Positions 40,034 through 49,638 are shown, counted from the stretch's first letter. The stretch is DNA of 64,000 nucleotides from Nitrosopumilus sp. (GCA_965205675.1 OZ242186.1:1856001-1920000), one strand, 5' to 3'. A program made the numbers and translations. Notes: generated by a model from the sequence alone, not told the origin.

Positions 40034-40965
40034 AATCTATTATTAGATGTCTTATAATTGGATGCTGTAACCGTACTCCATACAACCCATAACATAAAAA
40101 ATATAGTCAAAGCCCAATAAATGATCTGTTCGGGATTTGATATTAGTGGAATCATAGTTACTGACAGAGCAACCATGCTAAATGAACCAAGATTGTTGAG
40201 TTTTTTCATAAACTCCCCCCGAAACGAACGTTTTATTTTCACAGGGTGACATTTCTTTATATTTAATTTTTCTCTGATCATAGAGTCCACAAATATGGGA
40301 TGAATGGAATTGCTATCCTTCCTCTCGCAGTTGCCTTCATCCATTTCAGAGTCTATTAATTCATCATGTCTTTGCTTCATTGAAGATGTAAGTGGCATGC
40401 ATTTTGCCTTGGTCTTTTCCTTATCTGAATCTTCTGCAGCGTCAATTGTTATTTCATCACCATATTCAGCATTAATCATGTTTAACATCTCTTCACATAT
40501 GCAAATAACAGGAATTTTTTGTTCCTTGTATATACTATTCTCATGAATTTGGACTATTGCATTTTGAAAATTTATCCTGTTTAGCATTTGTTCTTTGATT
40601 CTCCTTTTTGTTTTAGAACGGGTTATGTTGATTTCCTCACCCACGTCAACTGACAATGCTTCTCGGTATGTCTGGTCAAGACCCACTTCGTTTTTTTCTA
40701 AATGGTACTCTTTATTCACTGCTCCGTCTTTATCGCTAATTACAAGTGATCTAATCTTGAACGTACCTTTTTGTTCCTCACGCTGTTTTTTCTCCAAGAT
40801 GACATGATCATATTCTTTTATTTTCATCTCTTTCATCTGCTCTTTGTTCATAATTGTAACATAGTCTGGAAAGGGCTGTTCTTTGATAGAGCTTTTCTTT
40901 ACTGTACAACATATAGGTAACCCAGACTGTTTTTCAGAATTGTTCTTTCTCCTGAGCCAGGTCAA
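40030..40965 (-). CDS. Hypothetical protein, predicted tandem double-psi beta-barrels plus two C-terminal TM helices
   Basis: Four half-barrel-like motifs (IMNKEQMKEMKIKEYDHVIL; LDQTYREALSVDVGEEINI; ICEEMLNMINAEYGDEITI; VDSMIREKLNIKKCHPVKI). Confidence 0.6.
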   Translation of the reverse strand: MTWLRRKNNSEKQSGLPICCTVKKSSIKEQPFPDYVTIMNKEQMKEMKIKEYDHVILEKKQREEQKGTFKIRSLVISDKDGAVNKEYHLEKNEVGLDQTYREALSVDVGEEINITRSKTKRRIKEQMLNRINFQNAIVQIHENSIYKEQKIPVICICEEMLNMINAEYGDEITIDAAEDSDKEKTKAKCMPLTSSMKQRHDELIDSEMDEGNCERKDSNSIHPIFVDSMIREKLNIKKCHPVKIKRSFRGEFMKKLNNLGSFSMVALSVTMIPLISNPEQIIYWALTIFFMLWVVWSTVTASNYKTSNNRF

Positions 40966-41219
40966 TCTTTTACATTTTGATATGAGAGATAACTAGACAA
41001 ATGTACAATAAAATTCAGTGGATAGCTAATACGTCTTTACTATGTGTTGGTGGATAGTTAAAACACATCATATACTCGAGACATGGGCATAACTAATTCT
41101 AATTTTTGAGTCAATTCTCAAATTATTCAAATAGAAAAAGCTATACCTCGGAGCATAATTCTTTGCAATTTTTCAAAACAAATAGCAATACTTTTTGATC
41201 AGTAGTTAGAAATAATTTC

Positions 41220-41456
41220 ATGGACATCACAAATGACGAGTTACTCCAGGCCTACAAAAAAGAAAAGTACGGTAAGAAAAAGGAAAGACTGCATGCAATG
41301 TGTATTATTAAAATCAACGAATCCACAATTGCTGAAACTGCCAACCAAATGTTTTGTACCTACAATTCTGTAAGAAACTGGCTTGATTCATTTGAAAAAT
41401 ACGGACTAGAGGGCCTGGAGGACCTCCCTCGTTCTGGCCGTCCGCCATTAATCTGA
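41220..41456 (+). CDS. IS630 transposase N-terminal HTH fragment
   Basis: VRNWLDSFEKYGLEGLEDLPRSGRPP. Confidence 0.85.
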   Translation: MDITNDELLQAYKKEKYGKKKERLHAMCIIKINESTIAETANQMFCTYNSVRNWLDSFEKYGLEGLEDLPRSGRPPLI

Positions 41457-41503
41457 TACAATTCATATTTTACAGAACACGCATTACATATCATATCACT
41501 CAC

Positions 41504-42148
41504 GTGCGTCGTTTGATGCATAAATGGAATCTAAAACCAAAGGTTCCACAAAAACTACATGTACGTGCCGCATCCAAGGATGTATGTCGCAAGTGGAAAA
41601 ACCGCATCATTTCACGCATAGAAAAGGCAAAAAAGAAAGGTTTTACAGTATTTATCCAAGACGAATCAGTATTTGTAGACGATGTACGTCTTGGCAAAAA
41701 ATACTGGACAGATGCACACCAAAGATTAATTGTGCATTGGAGAGGATCACATCAAAGATTTTTGGTTTATGGAATGATGACTGATGATAATCAAAGTTTT
41801 TTTAGATCGTATGAAAAATTTAATTCAATTGCATTTATAGATTATTTGGAAGCAGCTCGTAGAAAATTTGGAAAAATATTTGTTATCGTCGATAGAGCAC
41901 CGCAACACAAAGCTAATGATGTAAAAAAATATCTGCACAAAAACAAAGATGTCAAACTGGCATATCTTCCAAGAGGTTCTCCACATTTGAGTATGATTGA
42001 AGAGATTTGGAGGCAGTGCAAACATGTTAATGTTGAATCAGAATTTTATGAATCTATTCATGAAATGAGGCATACAGTTATGGAATATTTTAGAACCCAT
42101 AAATTTAATTTGAATATGTATCAGTATTTTGCAAGAACAGTAAATTGA
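41504..42148 (+). CDS. IS630 transposase DDE fragment
   Basis: QDES, VDRAPQH, YLPRGSPHLSMIEEIW. Confidence 0.88.
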   Translation: MRRLMHKWNLKPKVPQKLHVRAASKDVCRKWKNRIISRIEKAKKKGFTVFIQDESVFVDDVRLGKKYWTDAHQRLIVHWRGSHQRFLVYGMMTDDNQSFFRSYEKFNSIAFIDYLEAARRKFGKIFVIVDRAPQHKANDVKKYLHKNKDVKLAYLPRGSPHLSMIEEIWRQCKHVNVESEFYESIHEMRHTVMEYFRTHKFNLNMYQYFARTVN

Positions 42149-42257
42149 AAAGACTTATGATCTGGGGTATAAGGATCTTATCATGTTTTGTTCATTGTAA
42201 TGTCAAAACAAATGAAAATCCCTAGGCAAGATTCTATCGGAATCATTTCTTATTGGT

Positions 42258-43202
42258 ATGTTACATTTGGTGGGAATGTTGTCTTTGTATGAGGAGATAC
42301 TGAAACCCGGTAGACCGTACGTATACTCTACAATTCTGATGGTACAGCTGTTCATCATAAAGTCATGGATGAGAATTCCAAGCAACAATACATTACATTA
42401 TTTCCTTTCGACTAAAGGTACCAATGATAAATTGCTCAAGGTTTGCAGACTAACTCAAATTCCAAACAGAAGAACCATCGACAGGAGATTCCAAGTTCTG
42501 CCAATTGGTGATATAATCAGTAATATGGGAAGTCTGTTTGTATCAGAGAAACTAGTCGATGACATATCTGCATCAGTGGATAGTTCCATGCTAAAAGCAG
42601 ATGGTCCAGTATGGCACAAGTCAGATATGAAAAAGAATAGAATTCCAATCTCAGGAATTGACACAGATGCAAAATGGGGTTTTTCAAAATCAAAGGGTTG
42701 GGTATTTGGGTACAAACTGCATATGAGTTGTAGTACTGGCAAACTGGTTGTTCCACTATCTGCTGATGTCTCAACTGCAAATGTTTCTGATGGTAAAATG
42801 TATTATACAATAGTTGAATCGCTTTCAGGACTGGTTGAGAATATTTTATGTGATCCAGCATATGATGATAAATCATTATATCAGTTTAGTGATGAGAGAC
42901 ATTTGAGATTGATTTGTCCTATCAAAATATATCCATCAACACCACCAGAGCGAATCAAACTTGCAGATTTTTATAATTCTGTACAAGGTCAAGAGTTATA
43001 CTCACAAAGAAAAGTTTCAATTGAACCTTTATTTGAAATATTCAAAGATACGTTCAACATTAGAACTGTACATGTGAAAGGATTTGACAACGTGAAATCA
43101 TTTGTATTGGTTTGCGTGTTGGTGTATCAACTTGCAGTATATTACAATTGCATAACAAAAACAGAGAATCCAAGAATTGTGAAGAGAATGCTGTGTTGCT
43201 AG
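42258..43202 (+). CDS. DDE transposase (DDE_Tnp_1 type); possible N-terminal frameshift from ATG 42200
   Basis: VDSS, DAKWG..WVFGYKLH, TANVSD, DPAYD, Y..R..IEPLF. Confidence 0.9.
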   Translation: MLHLVGMLSLYEEILKPGRPYVYSTILMVQLFIIKSWMRIPSNNTLHYFLSTKGTNDKLLKVCRLTQIPNRRTIDRRFQVLPIGDIISNMGSLFVSEKLVDDISASVDSSMLKADGPVWHKSDMKKNRIPISGIDTDAKWGFSKSKGWVFGYKLHMSCSTGKLVVPLSADVSTANVSDGKMYYTIVESLSGLVENILCDPAYDDKSLYQFSDERHLRLICPIKIYPSTPPERIKLADFYNSVQGQELYSQRKVSIEPLFEIFKDTFNIRTVHVKGFDNVKSFVLVCVLVYQLAVYYNCITKTENPRIVKRMLCC

Positions 43203-43411
43203 AGCGATATTGGAAATTATTTTTGTAATTGATTATGCCCATGTCTCATATACTCAATAACAAAAATTCGTCACCCTATTTTGAACTCGATTTACGTACA
43301 TTGTAGATTCAAGTTTAAATTTCAGGAATTAGCATAATTTGAAAGATTTTGGGTCATGAATATTTGTTAGACAGTATAGAATTATAATTAACACAATATC
43401 ATTATAGATAA

Positions 43412-43792
43412 ATGGAGATATCTATCGAACCATGGAAAAAATTGATTATTCATGAGGTAATAGAGTACAAGTTTGAAGATTGGGTCATGCAAATTGCTTT
43501 TAGTACACGATCATCAGGAGGAGGAATTCCAACTATGCAATGGACTAATGGAATTGTTTTCTCACCAGCAAATTTTCCTACAACTAATTCTACAGTAGAA
43601 GAGCAATTGAAAGGTGTACTACATTGGTCATCAGTATCATTTGCAATTAAGGAGAAATTTGAAAAACAGATAGTCAAAGAAAATGCTACAATAAACTTAG
43701 TTGATGTTAGTGTAAATGAAATTTTCAAAGAGTTAGCTACCAGTTTAAGATCACAATCAAAATATACAGATTCAAAATCTGATAAATTCTAA
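43412..43792 (+). CDS. Hypothetical protein
   Basis: 126-aa ORF, host-like composition. Confidence 0.8.
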   Translation: MEISIEPWKKLIIHEVIEYKFEDWVMQIAFSTRSSGGGIPTMQWTNGIVFSPANFPTTNSTVEEQLKGVLHWSSVSFAIKEKFEKQIVKENATINLVDVSVNEIFKELATSLRSQSKYTDSKSDKF

Positions 43793-44469
43793 TGGATATT
43801 GAAGAAACAATAAAAAAATGTGAGATTTCTTTAAAACAAATTAAACAATATGATCCCGATCCATTTTATGTAAATCACTTTTTTAATGAATACATTAATT
43901 TACGAAATAATATAATTGTAGAAATTTTTGAGGAGGCAAATAGAGATTTTGGATTATTTTTATCAGAAAAGATTACTGAAAAAAACTTTTATGAGAAAGC
44001 AAAATTAAAGAATGATGAAAATGCTATAAAATTTTCAGAATGGTTTACAGTAAAATATAGTGAAGAGCATAAAAATCCATATCCAAATTTTATCAATTAC
44101 ATATGTAATTTTAGAAAAAAATTTGACAGATTACCTGAAATTAAAATTATGATTAGAGCTGTAGATAGATACAGAGAGGATTTTAATCAACAAATTAAAA
44201 TCGATTTAAGTCAAAAGAAATTACGATCTAAAGAAGAATTAAAAATTGAAATAAAAAGACAGTTACCAATATTTTTAGAAATTATCAATCATAAGAGACA
44301 TGAAAAAAATGAGCCAAGAGTTAATGGAAATCAAATTACAGCATCAGCATTTTTGGATAGTAAAAACGATAAAAATATGGAAATTGTTTATGCAGCAGAA
44401 ATTTACATTCCAGTAATGAAACGGTTAGTGGAGGAATCAAGAGAAAAAATTAAAGAGTTAACCAGATAG
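43792..44469 (+). CDS. Hypothetical protein
   Basis: 225-aa ORF overlapping the upstream stop (TAATG). Confidence 0.8.
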   Translation: MDIEETIKKCEISLKQIKQYDPDPFYVNHFFNEYINLRNNIIVEIFEEANRDFGLFLSEKITEKNFYEKAKLKNDENAIKFSEWFTVKYSEEHKNPYPNFINYICNFRKKFDRLPEIKIMIRAVDRYREDFNQQIKIDLSQKKLRSKEELKIEIKRQLPIFLEIINHKRHEKNEPRVNGNQITASAFLDSKNDKNMEIVYAAEIYIPVMKRLVEESREKIKELTR

Positions 44470-44490
44470 TTTTCTCTCATTGTAAAAAAT

Positions 44491-44904
44491 TTATGATGAT
44501 TTTGGCCACATGGAGGCCCAAGTTTCAGCAAATTTTTTCATCATTTCGCCATAGACATTCATTTGTTCTAATCCAGATGAGCTAAGAGATTTTTGCCAAT
44601 TTTCAGTGAATTGCTTGAAAGCAGATGTGTTAGTATCATTGAGAGCTTTTTGCCAATTTTCGCCAAATTCTTTAAAAGAATTCATACCAACATCATTGAG
44701 AGCTTTTTGCCAATTTTCGCCAAACAATTTCATGGTTTCTACACTTGATTCAACATTTGCTTTATCCCAAACATCATTGAATTTTGATTGCATGTCTTTA
44801 CTTGCATTCTGAATTTGTTCAAAAAGAGATTTCCAGGTTTCAAGAGATTTTGTATATTCCTGCCACAATGAATCCCATTCATTATTTTTTGGTTGATCTG
44901 ACAT
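44491..44904 (-). CDS. Trp-rich amphipathic repeat protein
   Basis: Three 19-aa repeats F(G/T)ENWQK(A/S)L. Confidence 0.8.
   Translation of the reverse strand: MSDQPKNNEWDSLWQEYTKSLETWKSLFEQIQNASKDMQSKFNDVWDKANVESSVETMKLFGENWQKALNDVGMNSFKEFGENWQKALNDTNTSAFKQFTENWQKSLSSSGLEQMNVYGEMMKKFAETWASMWPKSS
44586..44724. repeat. Intragenic 57-bp period tandem repeat
   Basis: 33-bp exact match at 44635-44667 and 44692-44724; degenerate third copy at 44586. Confidence 0.9.
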
Positions 44905-44958
44905 TAACTAAAGATAGTTGTCATTATTCTTAAGTACATCTATGAACAAAAAATAAAG

Positions 44959-45447
44959 TTATTTTTGACGATTTTTTAATCTGTTATCCATTCGAATTTT
45001 ACCTTCTTTGAATTTTATTCGATCATCATCTGTTTTTAGAGCTAATTTAGGAGCAGGTGTGGGTTTTCCATTTTCATCAAGAGTTATAAATGTCACAAAG
45101 GCGGTTCCAGTAACAGTTTTAATCCCAGTTACAATATCTTCAGCTTCTACTTTTACCTCTATCTCCATTGATGAATTATGAACATAATTTATTCTAGCAT
45201 TTAATGAAAGAACATTTCCAACAAAAACAGGTTTTAAAAAATTTACACTATCCATAGAAACAGTAACTGCATTAGATTGACAATGACGCTGAGCAACAAT
45301 TCCTGCCACCATATCAATATGTTTTAAAATTTCACCTCCAAATACATTACCTGCAGGATTTGCATCTGAAGGAAACATTCTAACAATTACTTTAGCGTGA
45401 GATTCAGAAGGACTTTTTTTTCGCATAGTGGGATTTTCTGATGACAT
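44959..45447 (-). CDS. Acyl-CoA thioesterase (hotdog fold)
   Basis: PSDANPAGNVFGGEILKHID; SSMEI. Confidence 0.92.
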   Translation of the reverse strand: MSSENPTMRKKSPSESHAKVIVRMFPSDANPAGNVFGGEILKHIDMVAGIVAQRHCQSNAVTVSMDSVNFLKPVFVGNVLSLNARINYVHNSSMEIEVKVEAEDIVTGIKTVTGTAFVTFITLDENGKPTPAPKLALKTDDDRIKFKEGKIRMDNRLKNRQK

Positions 45448-45504
45448 TTGTTATCTAATAATGGTTCTTAATTTATCCAATTTAATTTAATCAGTTGACT
45501 CAGG

Positions 45505-46842
45505 TTATTTGAAATATTTCTCTAGTTTAATTTTGTCAACTTTTGGGATTTTGGCTAATTCAAATCCTTCTGGACGTTTAGATAGAGACCGAGTTGCATC
45601 AATGCCCATTTTAGCAGTCTGTAATTTTTGTTGATTGCTTGAAGGATCCAAGCTAGAACCACGAATGTTTTTGAGAATAACTAGATCTTTGTCAGCTTGG
45701 AATCTTGTAGCCATAGCATATTCTACAGATTCTGCACTATTAGGATCAATATCTTCATCAACTACTGTAACTTGTTTTAATGAACGATGAGATTCGAATG
45801 TTTTTTTAATTATTTTTTTAGGATCTGAATCATTTTTCTTTTTAATTTGTACTACGGCATGTAACCAATTACAACCACCATTAGTCATTGAAACTTGTTT
45901 GGTTTGAGAAAAGGATTTTTTTAATTCTCCATTTAATTTAGATTCAACAGGCATTCCCATCAACAGTCTATGTTCTGAATATCCAGATAACACATCATGG
46001 AAAATAGGATTATTTCTGAAATAGAGATTTTCAAGCTCAAAGACAGGTTGAGATCTTTTATGATCATATGTCTGAAGCATCTCAACCATCCATTCAGGGT
46101 GGGTTTTGTCACGGAGAATTTTTCCCTCCATTACAATTTCTGCTCCGGATGGTACATTCAAACCAGAAAATGGTAATTTTGCCAAAGTTAGTTTTCCACC
46201 AAGAAGAGAATTTGCAATATCAATCTCATCTTTTCCCCAATCAGCTTGATATGCACCAGCAATCGATACTGCAGGATGAACACCTATAGTAATAGCAATT
46301 TTCAGATCTTCATCATGATCTTTTGCATCCATAAAACATCGATGGAGATGTCGTCCTTCAACCATTCTTATGGAAAAATGAGTTTTGTCAATTGGCATCA
46401 ATCTATGAAAAGAAGAATTTTGTTTTCCAGTTTCAGGATTTTTTGCATATGCAATAGAAGATGTGATAAAGGGACCAGATTCTTTTTCAAAATGAGTTAC
46501 TATAGGCATAGAAAGTAGGTTTTTTGATTTATTTTCCATGAATTTTCCAGAAGCAATAACTTTGGGTTTCTTGGCTTTTTTAATTGCGGAAATTATTTTT
46601 TTGTGAATATTAGATTCTGATCCACCAACTGCCATATCAAAACGTTTTCGAGTTCCAACTAAATTGGAGATTAATCTGAAATGACTTTCTTTAATTTTTT
46701 CAAATAATACAGCATGAGAACCATCAACTTTGGCGGTGATTCCAGCAATTTCATATTTTGTAGAGACAGACGATTTTATAGTTTTAAGTGCATTTGTTTT
46801 TTTGATTTGGGAAATGTAATTTCTTAAATCACTCATTCTCAA
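45505..46842 (-). CDS. UbiD family decarboxylase
   Basis: SFHRL, AEIVMEG, VVDEDID, SLDPS, KMGIDAT. Confidence 0.93.
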   Translation of the reverse strand: MRMSDLRNYISQIKKTNALKTIKSSVSTKYEIAGITAKVDGSHAVLFEKIKESHFRLISNLVGTRKRFDMAVGGSESNIHKKIISAIKKAKKPKVIASGKFMENKSKNLLSMPIVTHFEKESGPFITSSIAYAKNPETGKQNSSFHRLMPIDKTHFSIRMVEGRHLHRCFMDAKDHDEDLKIAITIGVHPAVSIAGAYQADWGKDEIDIANSLLGGKLTLAKLPFSGLNVPSGAEIVMEGKILRDKTHPEWMVEMLQTYDHKRSQPVFELENLYFRNNPIFHDVLSGYSEHRLLMGMPVESKLNGELKKSFSQTKQVSMTNGGCNWLHAVVQIKKKNDSDPKKIIKKTFESHRSLKQVTVVDEDIDPNSAESVEYAMATRFQADKDLVILKNIRGSSLDPSSNQQKLQTAKMGIDATRSLSKRPEGFELAKIPKVDKIKLEKYFK

Positions 46843-47173
46843 TCATCTCCATAATCTCAGACATTAAGGCTTTTGCAGTATCAGACTCTAATGGTTTTTG
46901 AATAAAAGTAGAAACTAAAGCAATTCCTCTCATACGAGTACTAATTCGTTCAGAAATAAGTTTCAGAAAAAGAGATTCAGATCGAGAAGGAATAACAGTG
47001 GTGGTAATAGGAGTAGGTCCCGTAGCCAATGATACTACCATAGAACCTAACTTGTTAGAACCTTCAGTGACTGAAACAAAATAACCATTTTCAAATTTTT
47101 GGATTTGCAAAGAAAAACTACGACTCTCCAAATTTACCATTTTCTGGAAAAATCCATTTGGAGAGGTCAACAA
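46829..47173 (-). CDS. Hypothetical protein (proteasome assembly chaperone-like)
   Basis: 114-aa ORF overlapping the ubiD start; fold guess from LGSMVVSL..ISERIS pattern. Confidence 0.55.
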   Translation of the reverse strand: MLTSPNGFFQKMVNLESRSFSLQIQKFENGYFVSVTEGSNKLGSMVVSLATGPTPITTTVIPSRSESLFLKLISERISTRMRGIALVSTFIQKPLESDTAKALMSEIMEMIENE

Positions 47174-47187
47174 GCTATGAACAAATC

Positions 47188-47643
47188 TTATGCTTTTATT
47201 GCTATTGATTCATTTTTCTGGGAAGTTGTGACTTTAGAGTTCTTCTTGCAATTCTTCTCATGTTTATCTGGATAAACAAAGAGTTTTTCACAGTGTTTGC
47301 AGGGAGTTTTCTCTTTAGATTTTTTTACAGCTTTGAATTTAGCAGTTTTAGATTTAGCTTTAGATTTGGATTTTGCTTTAACAGGTAAATCTTGAACTCC
47401 TGATTCAATTTCAGTAGCTGCTGCAGCTTCCATAGAATCGGCTTCAACTCTAGCACGTAGTTTTGCTTTGTATTTCAAATTACGTGGTTTTGTTCTTAAT
47501 CTATATCCACAACATGGACACCAAAGTCCTTCCCATTTGATGAATATTTCACAAATTTGGCATCGACGTTGTCCAGAAGCATATCTTCCAGTGCCAACAG
47601 GCTTTTGAGCCTTATATCTAACACAAATTCCTTTACAAGTCAT
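47188..47643 (-). CDS. Cys-rich Zn-binding protein with Lys-rich linker
   Basis: CKGIC..CQIC..CPCCG..RTKPR; second CKHC..H..C finger. Confidence 0.8.
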   Translation of the reverse strand: MTCKGICVRYKAQKPVGTGRYASGQRRCQICEIFIKWEGLWCPCCGYRLRTKPRNLKYKAKLRARVEADSMEAAAATEIESGVQDLPVKAKSKSKAKSKTAKFKAVKKSKEKTPCKHCEKLFVYPDKHEKNCKKNSKVTTSQKNESIAIKA

Positions 47644-47934
47644 CTTGGTAGTATAATATAGAATTCATAACTATATAAGCATGGATCGATAAAATCTATA
47701 AAAAATCATAATAAAACTTGGAATAATTTCATATTTTAGCTCGATCAAAATTATTATTTTCAAATAAAACCTTAAAATCTTCAATAAATATGTATAGCTA
47801 ATTCTAAATTCGTATTTTTTGAAAAAAAAATATGTAGCAATATAGTTGTTTACAACTCATCCTAAAACAGATCATTTAGTAAATTATTGGTGTGATAATA
47901 CAGATCTAAAAAATAACCTTCAACAAATTATTTC

Positions 47935-48263
47935 ATGATTCACAAAGAAATGACTGATTCCCAATGAAACACAATCGTAAAACATTTACCAAAACCAGCT
48001 AAAACAGGAACACCCACCCAAGATGCAATGATAGAAGCACAATCAATGGGATTTTATTTGTTTTATCTGTTGGATGACGGCAAGAGAAGGGAATTTAGAA
48101 AAAGATTCTATCTGAGCTAATCAAAACAGCTCATAAAGCAAACAAGATTAATCTCCAAAAAATATCAGTTGATTCATCGTCAATTCCCAACAAAAAAGGA
48201 CAGCATAACAGGATATGATAGATTCACAAGAATCACAGATGCAAAAATACATGTTGCAGTGGT
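47935..48263 (+). pseudogene. IS5-family transposase remnant
   Basis: MIHKEMTDSQ*..HLPKPAKTG, DRSTINGILFVL, ISVDSSSIP.KKG, GYD...KIHVAV, with stops, frameshifts and deletions. Confidence 0.8.
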
Positions 48264-48326
48264 AATTCCAATACGTCAGTTTTGTAAGGGATCGATAATT
48301 GATAAAATGAAATATGAGATTTAGGT

Positions 48327-48662
48327 TTATGCCTTCAAAACAGTTGACACTACATATTTGACTGCTTCATCAAAATTTGCATCAATATTTAACTGGATTT
48401 TAGCCAATTTTGCGTCACCCTCTTGAGCAATTTTTGCAGATTCAGCAGTTGCTGTATCTTTTGAAGCATTGATAATGACTTCAGCCTCTTTGGTGGCCAT
48501 TTCACGGGTTTTTTCTAGTAAATTATCAATTTCAGTTATAGCTTTTACAGATAGTTGTTTTTTGATATCTCCAACTTTACTGTTTAGAGAATCGAGATCA
48601 TCTTCTAAGACATTCAAAGATTTGATAATTCCCGAAACTTTGGACTCAGCCATACTACTCAT
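48327..48662 (-). CDS. Coiled-coil protein, A/V-type ATPase subunit H/G-like
   Basis: Ala/Glu/Lys helix ending FDEAVKYVVSTVL. Confidence 0.6.
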   Translation of the reverse strand: MSSMAESKVSGIIKSLNVLEDDLDSLNSKVGDIKKQLSVKAITEIDNLLEKTREMATKEAEVIINASKDTATAESAKIAQEGDAKLAKIQLNIDANFDEAVKYVVSTVLKA

Positions 48663-48734
48663 TATGCTTTGAAATCAGATAATCCATTACTTAAATCATT
48701 CATTTTTAGGCACAAAGATAGAGATATTGTGAGA

Positions 48735-49076
48735 CTATCCAGTTGCTAAAAGTAGGATAGCTCGGGCAATCTCACCTTCAGCTTCCTCTAGAGCACTTTT
48801 TGCTTTTTCCTGATCTACTCCAGCTTTTTGGCTAACAAGTTGAATATCTTCTTCTGAGAAAATAGGAACTTCCAATTCCCTTTCTTCATAACTATCAGCA
48901 GTCACAGTAAAAACAGAATTATCTTTTGCTTTCATTTCTGTAACAGAAGGTTTTGAAATAATGATTTCTTTTTTATCGGTTTTAATTATGACTTCTTGAA
49001 CGTTGGATAATTCATTCATATCCAAACCCATCTTATCCATCATTCTTCGCATTTCACGGTTTCCTCCTCGCATCAT
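48735..49076 (-). CDS. nac: Nascent polypeptide-associated complex protein
   Basis: MRRMMDKMGL, EVII, UBA domain EEDIQLV..A..AL. Confidence 0.93.
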   Translation of the reverse strand: MMRGGNREMRRMMDKMGLDMNELSNVQEVIIKTDKKEIIISKPSVTEMKAKDNSVFTVTADSYEERELEVPIFSEEDIQLVSQKAGVDQEKAKSALEEAEGEIARAILLLATG

Positions 49077-49546
49077 GAACTTATTTCACCATTACGACTT
49101 TTTAAACTATCTCTGACCTTTATGGCTACGCCTCTATCAAAATCTAAAATCATCTCAGAAGATAAAATTGCTCGACCTACTGCAATTACTCGATTTTTGA
49201 ACAAGATAGGGGTATCTGCAGATATTTTAACATTTTTCCCACATGTAATGACATGCTTACAAAAGACGGATCTGCCCTGTTCAACAAATGGAGCAGCATC
49301 AGAATTTATCTCAACACAATTTTCTTTAAATTTTTTATTTTTCAATAACATCTGAGCAAAATGAGTACTAATTGCTAGACTGCCATCAATTCTTAATGTA
49401 CATAGTAATTTCCCATTATGTGAAACTGTTCGTATTCTACCAGTTTTTCGTGAAAAGACGATTTCAAGATCTTTTGGTAGAAGCTTAGATATACCATTTC
49501 CAAATAATGCATCAAGTGAATATTGAAGTTTGAGTAGGTGATCCAA
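49073..49546 (-). CDS. PUA-domain protein (archaeosine TGT C-terminal-like)
   Basis: SRKTGRIR, GRSVFCKHV, GVAIKVR. Confidence 0.85.
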   Translation of the reverse strand: MDHLLKLQYSLDALFGNGISKLLPKDLEIVFSRKTGRIRTVSHNGKLLCTLRIDGSLAISTHFAQMLLKNKKFKENCVEINSDAAPFVEQGRSVFCKHVITCGKNVKISADTPILFKNRVIAVGRAILSSEMILDFDRGVAIKVRDSLKSRNGEISS

Positions 49547-49638
49547 TACTTATAGTAAAAAATTTTCTAAATATTAGTTCAATGCTACCATATATTATGA
49601 AGATTAAACTATATAGAATGGAATTTTCCCTTTAGATT

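Larger units (their letters stand above)
41144..42169 (+). mobile_element. IS630-family insertion sequence
   Basis: Imperfect TIRs of about 28 bp (TACCTCGGAGCATAATTCTTTGCAATTT versus TACCCCAGATCATAAGTCTTTTCAATTT), TA duplication on both sides. Confidence 0.9.
41078..43247 (+). mobile_element. DDE_Tnp_1-type IS (IS4/IS5/IS982-like) carrying nested IS630
   Basis: 15-bp perfect TIR GAGACATGGGCATAA (41078-41092 / 43233-43247); 8-bp TSD ATATACTC (41070-41077, 43248-43255). Confidence 0.9.

Noticed and set aside
44586-44724. 33-bp repeats with spacers as a mini-CRISPR array
   Set aside because: In-frame 57-bp coding repeats inside a CDS; no cas genes or leader in the window.
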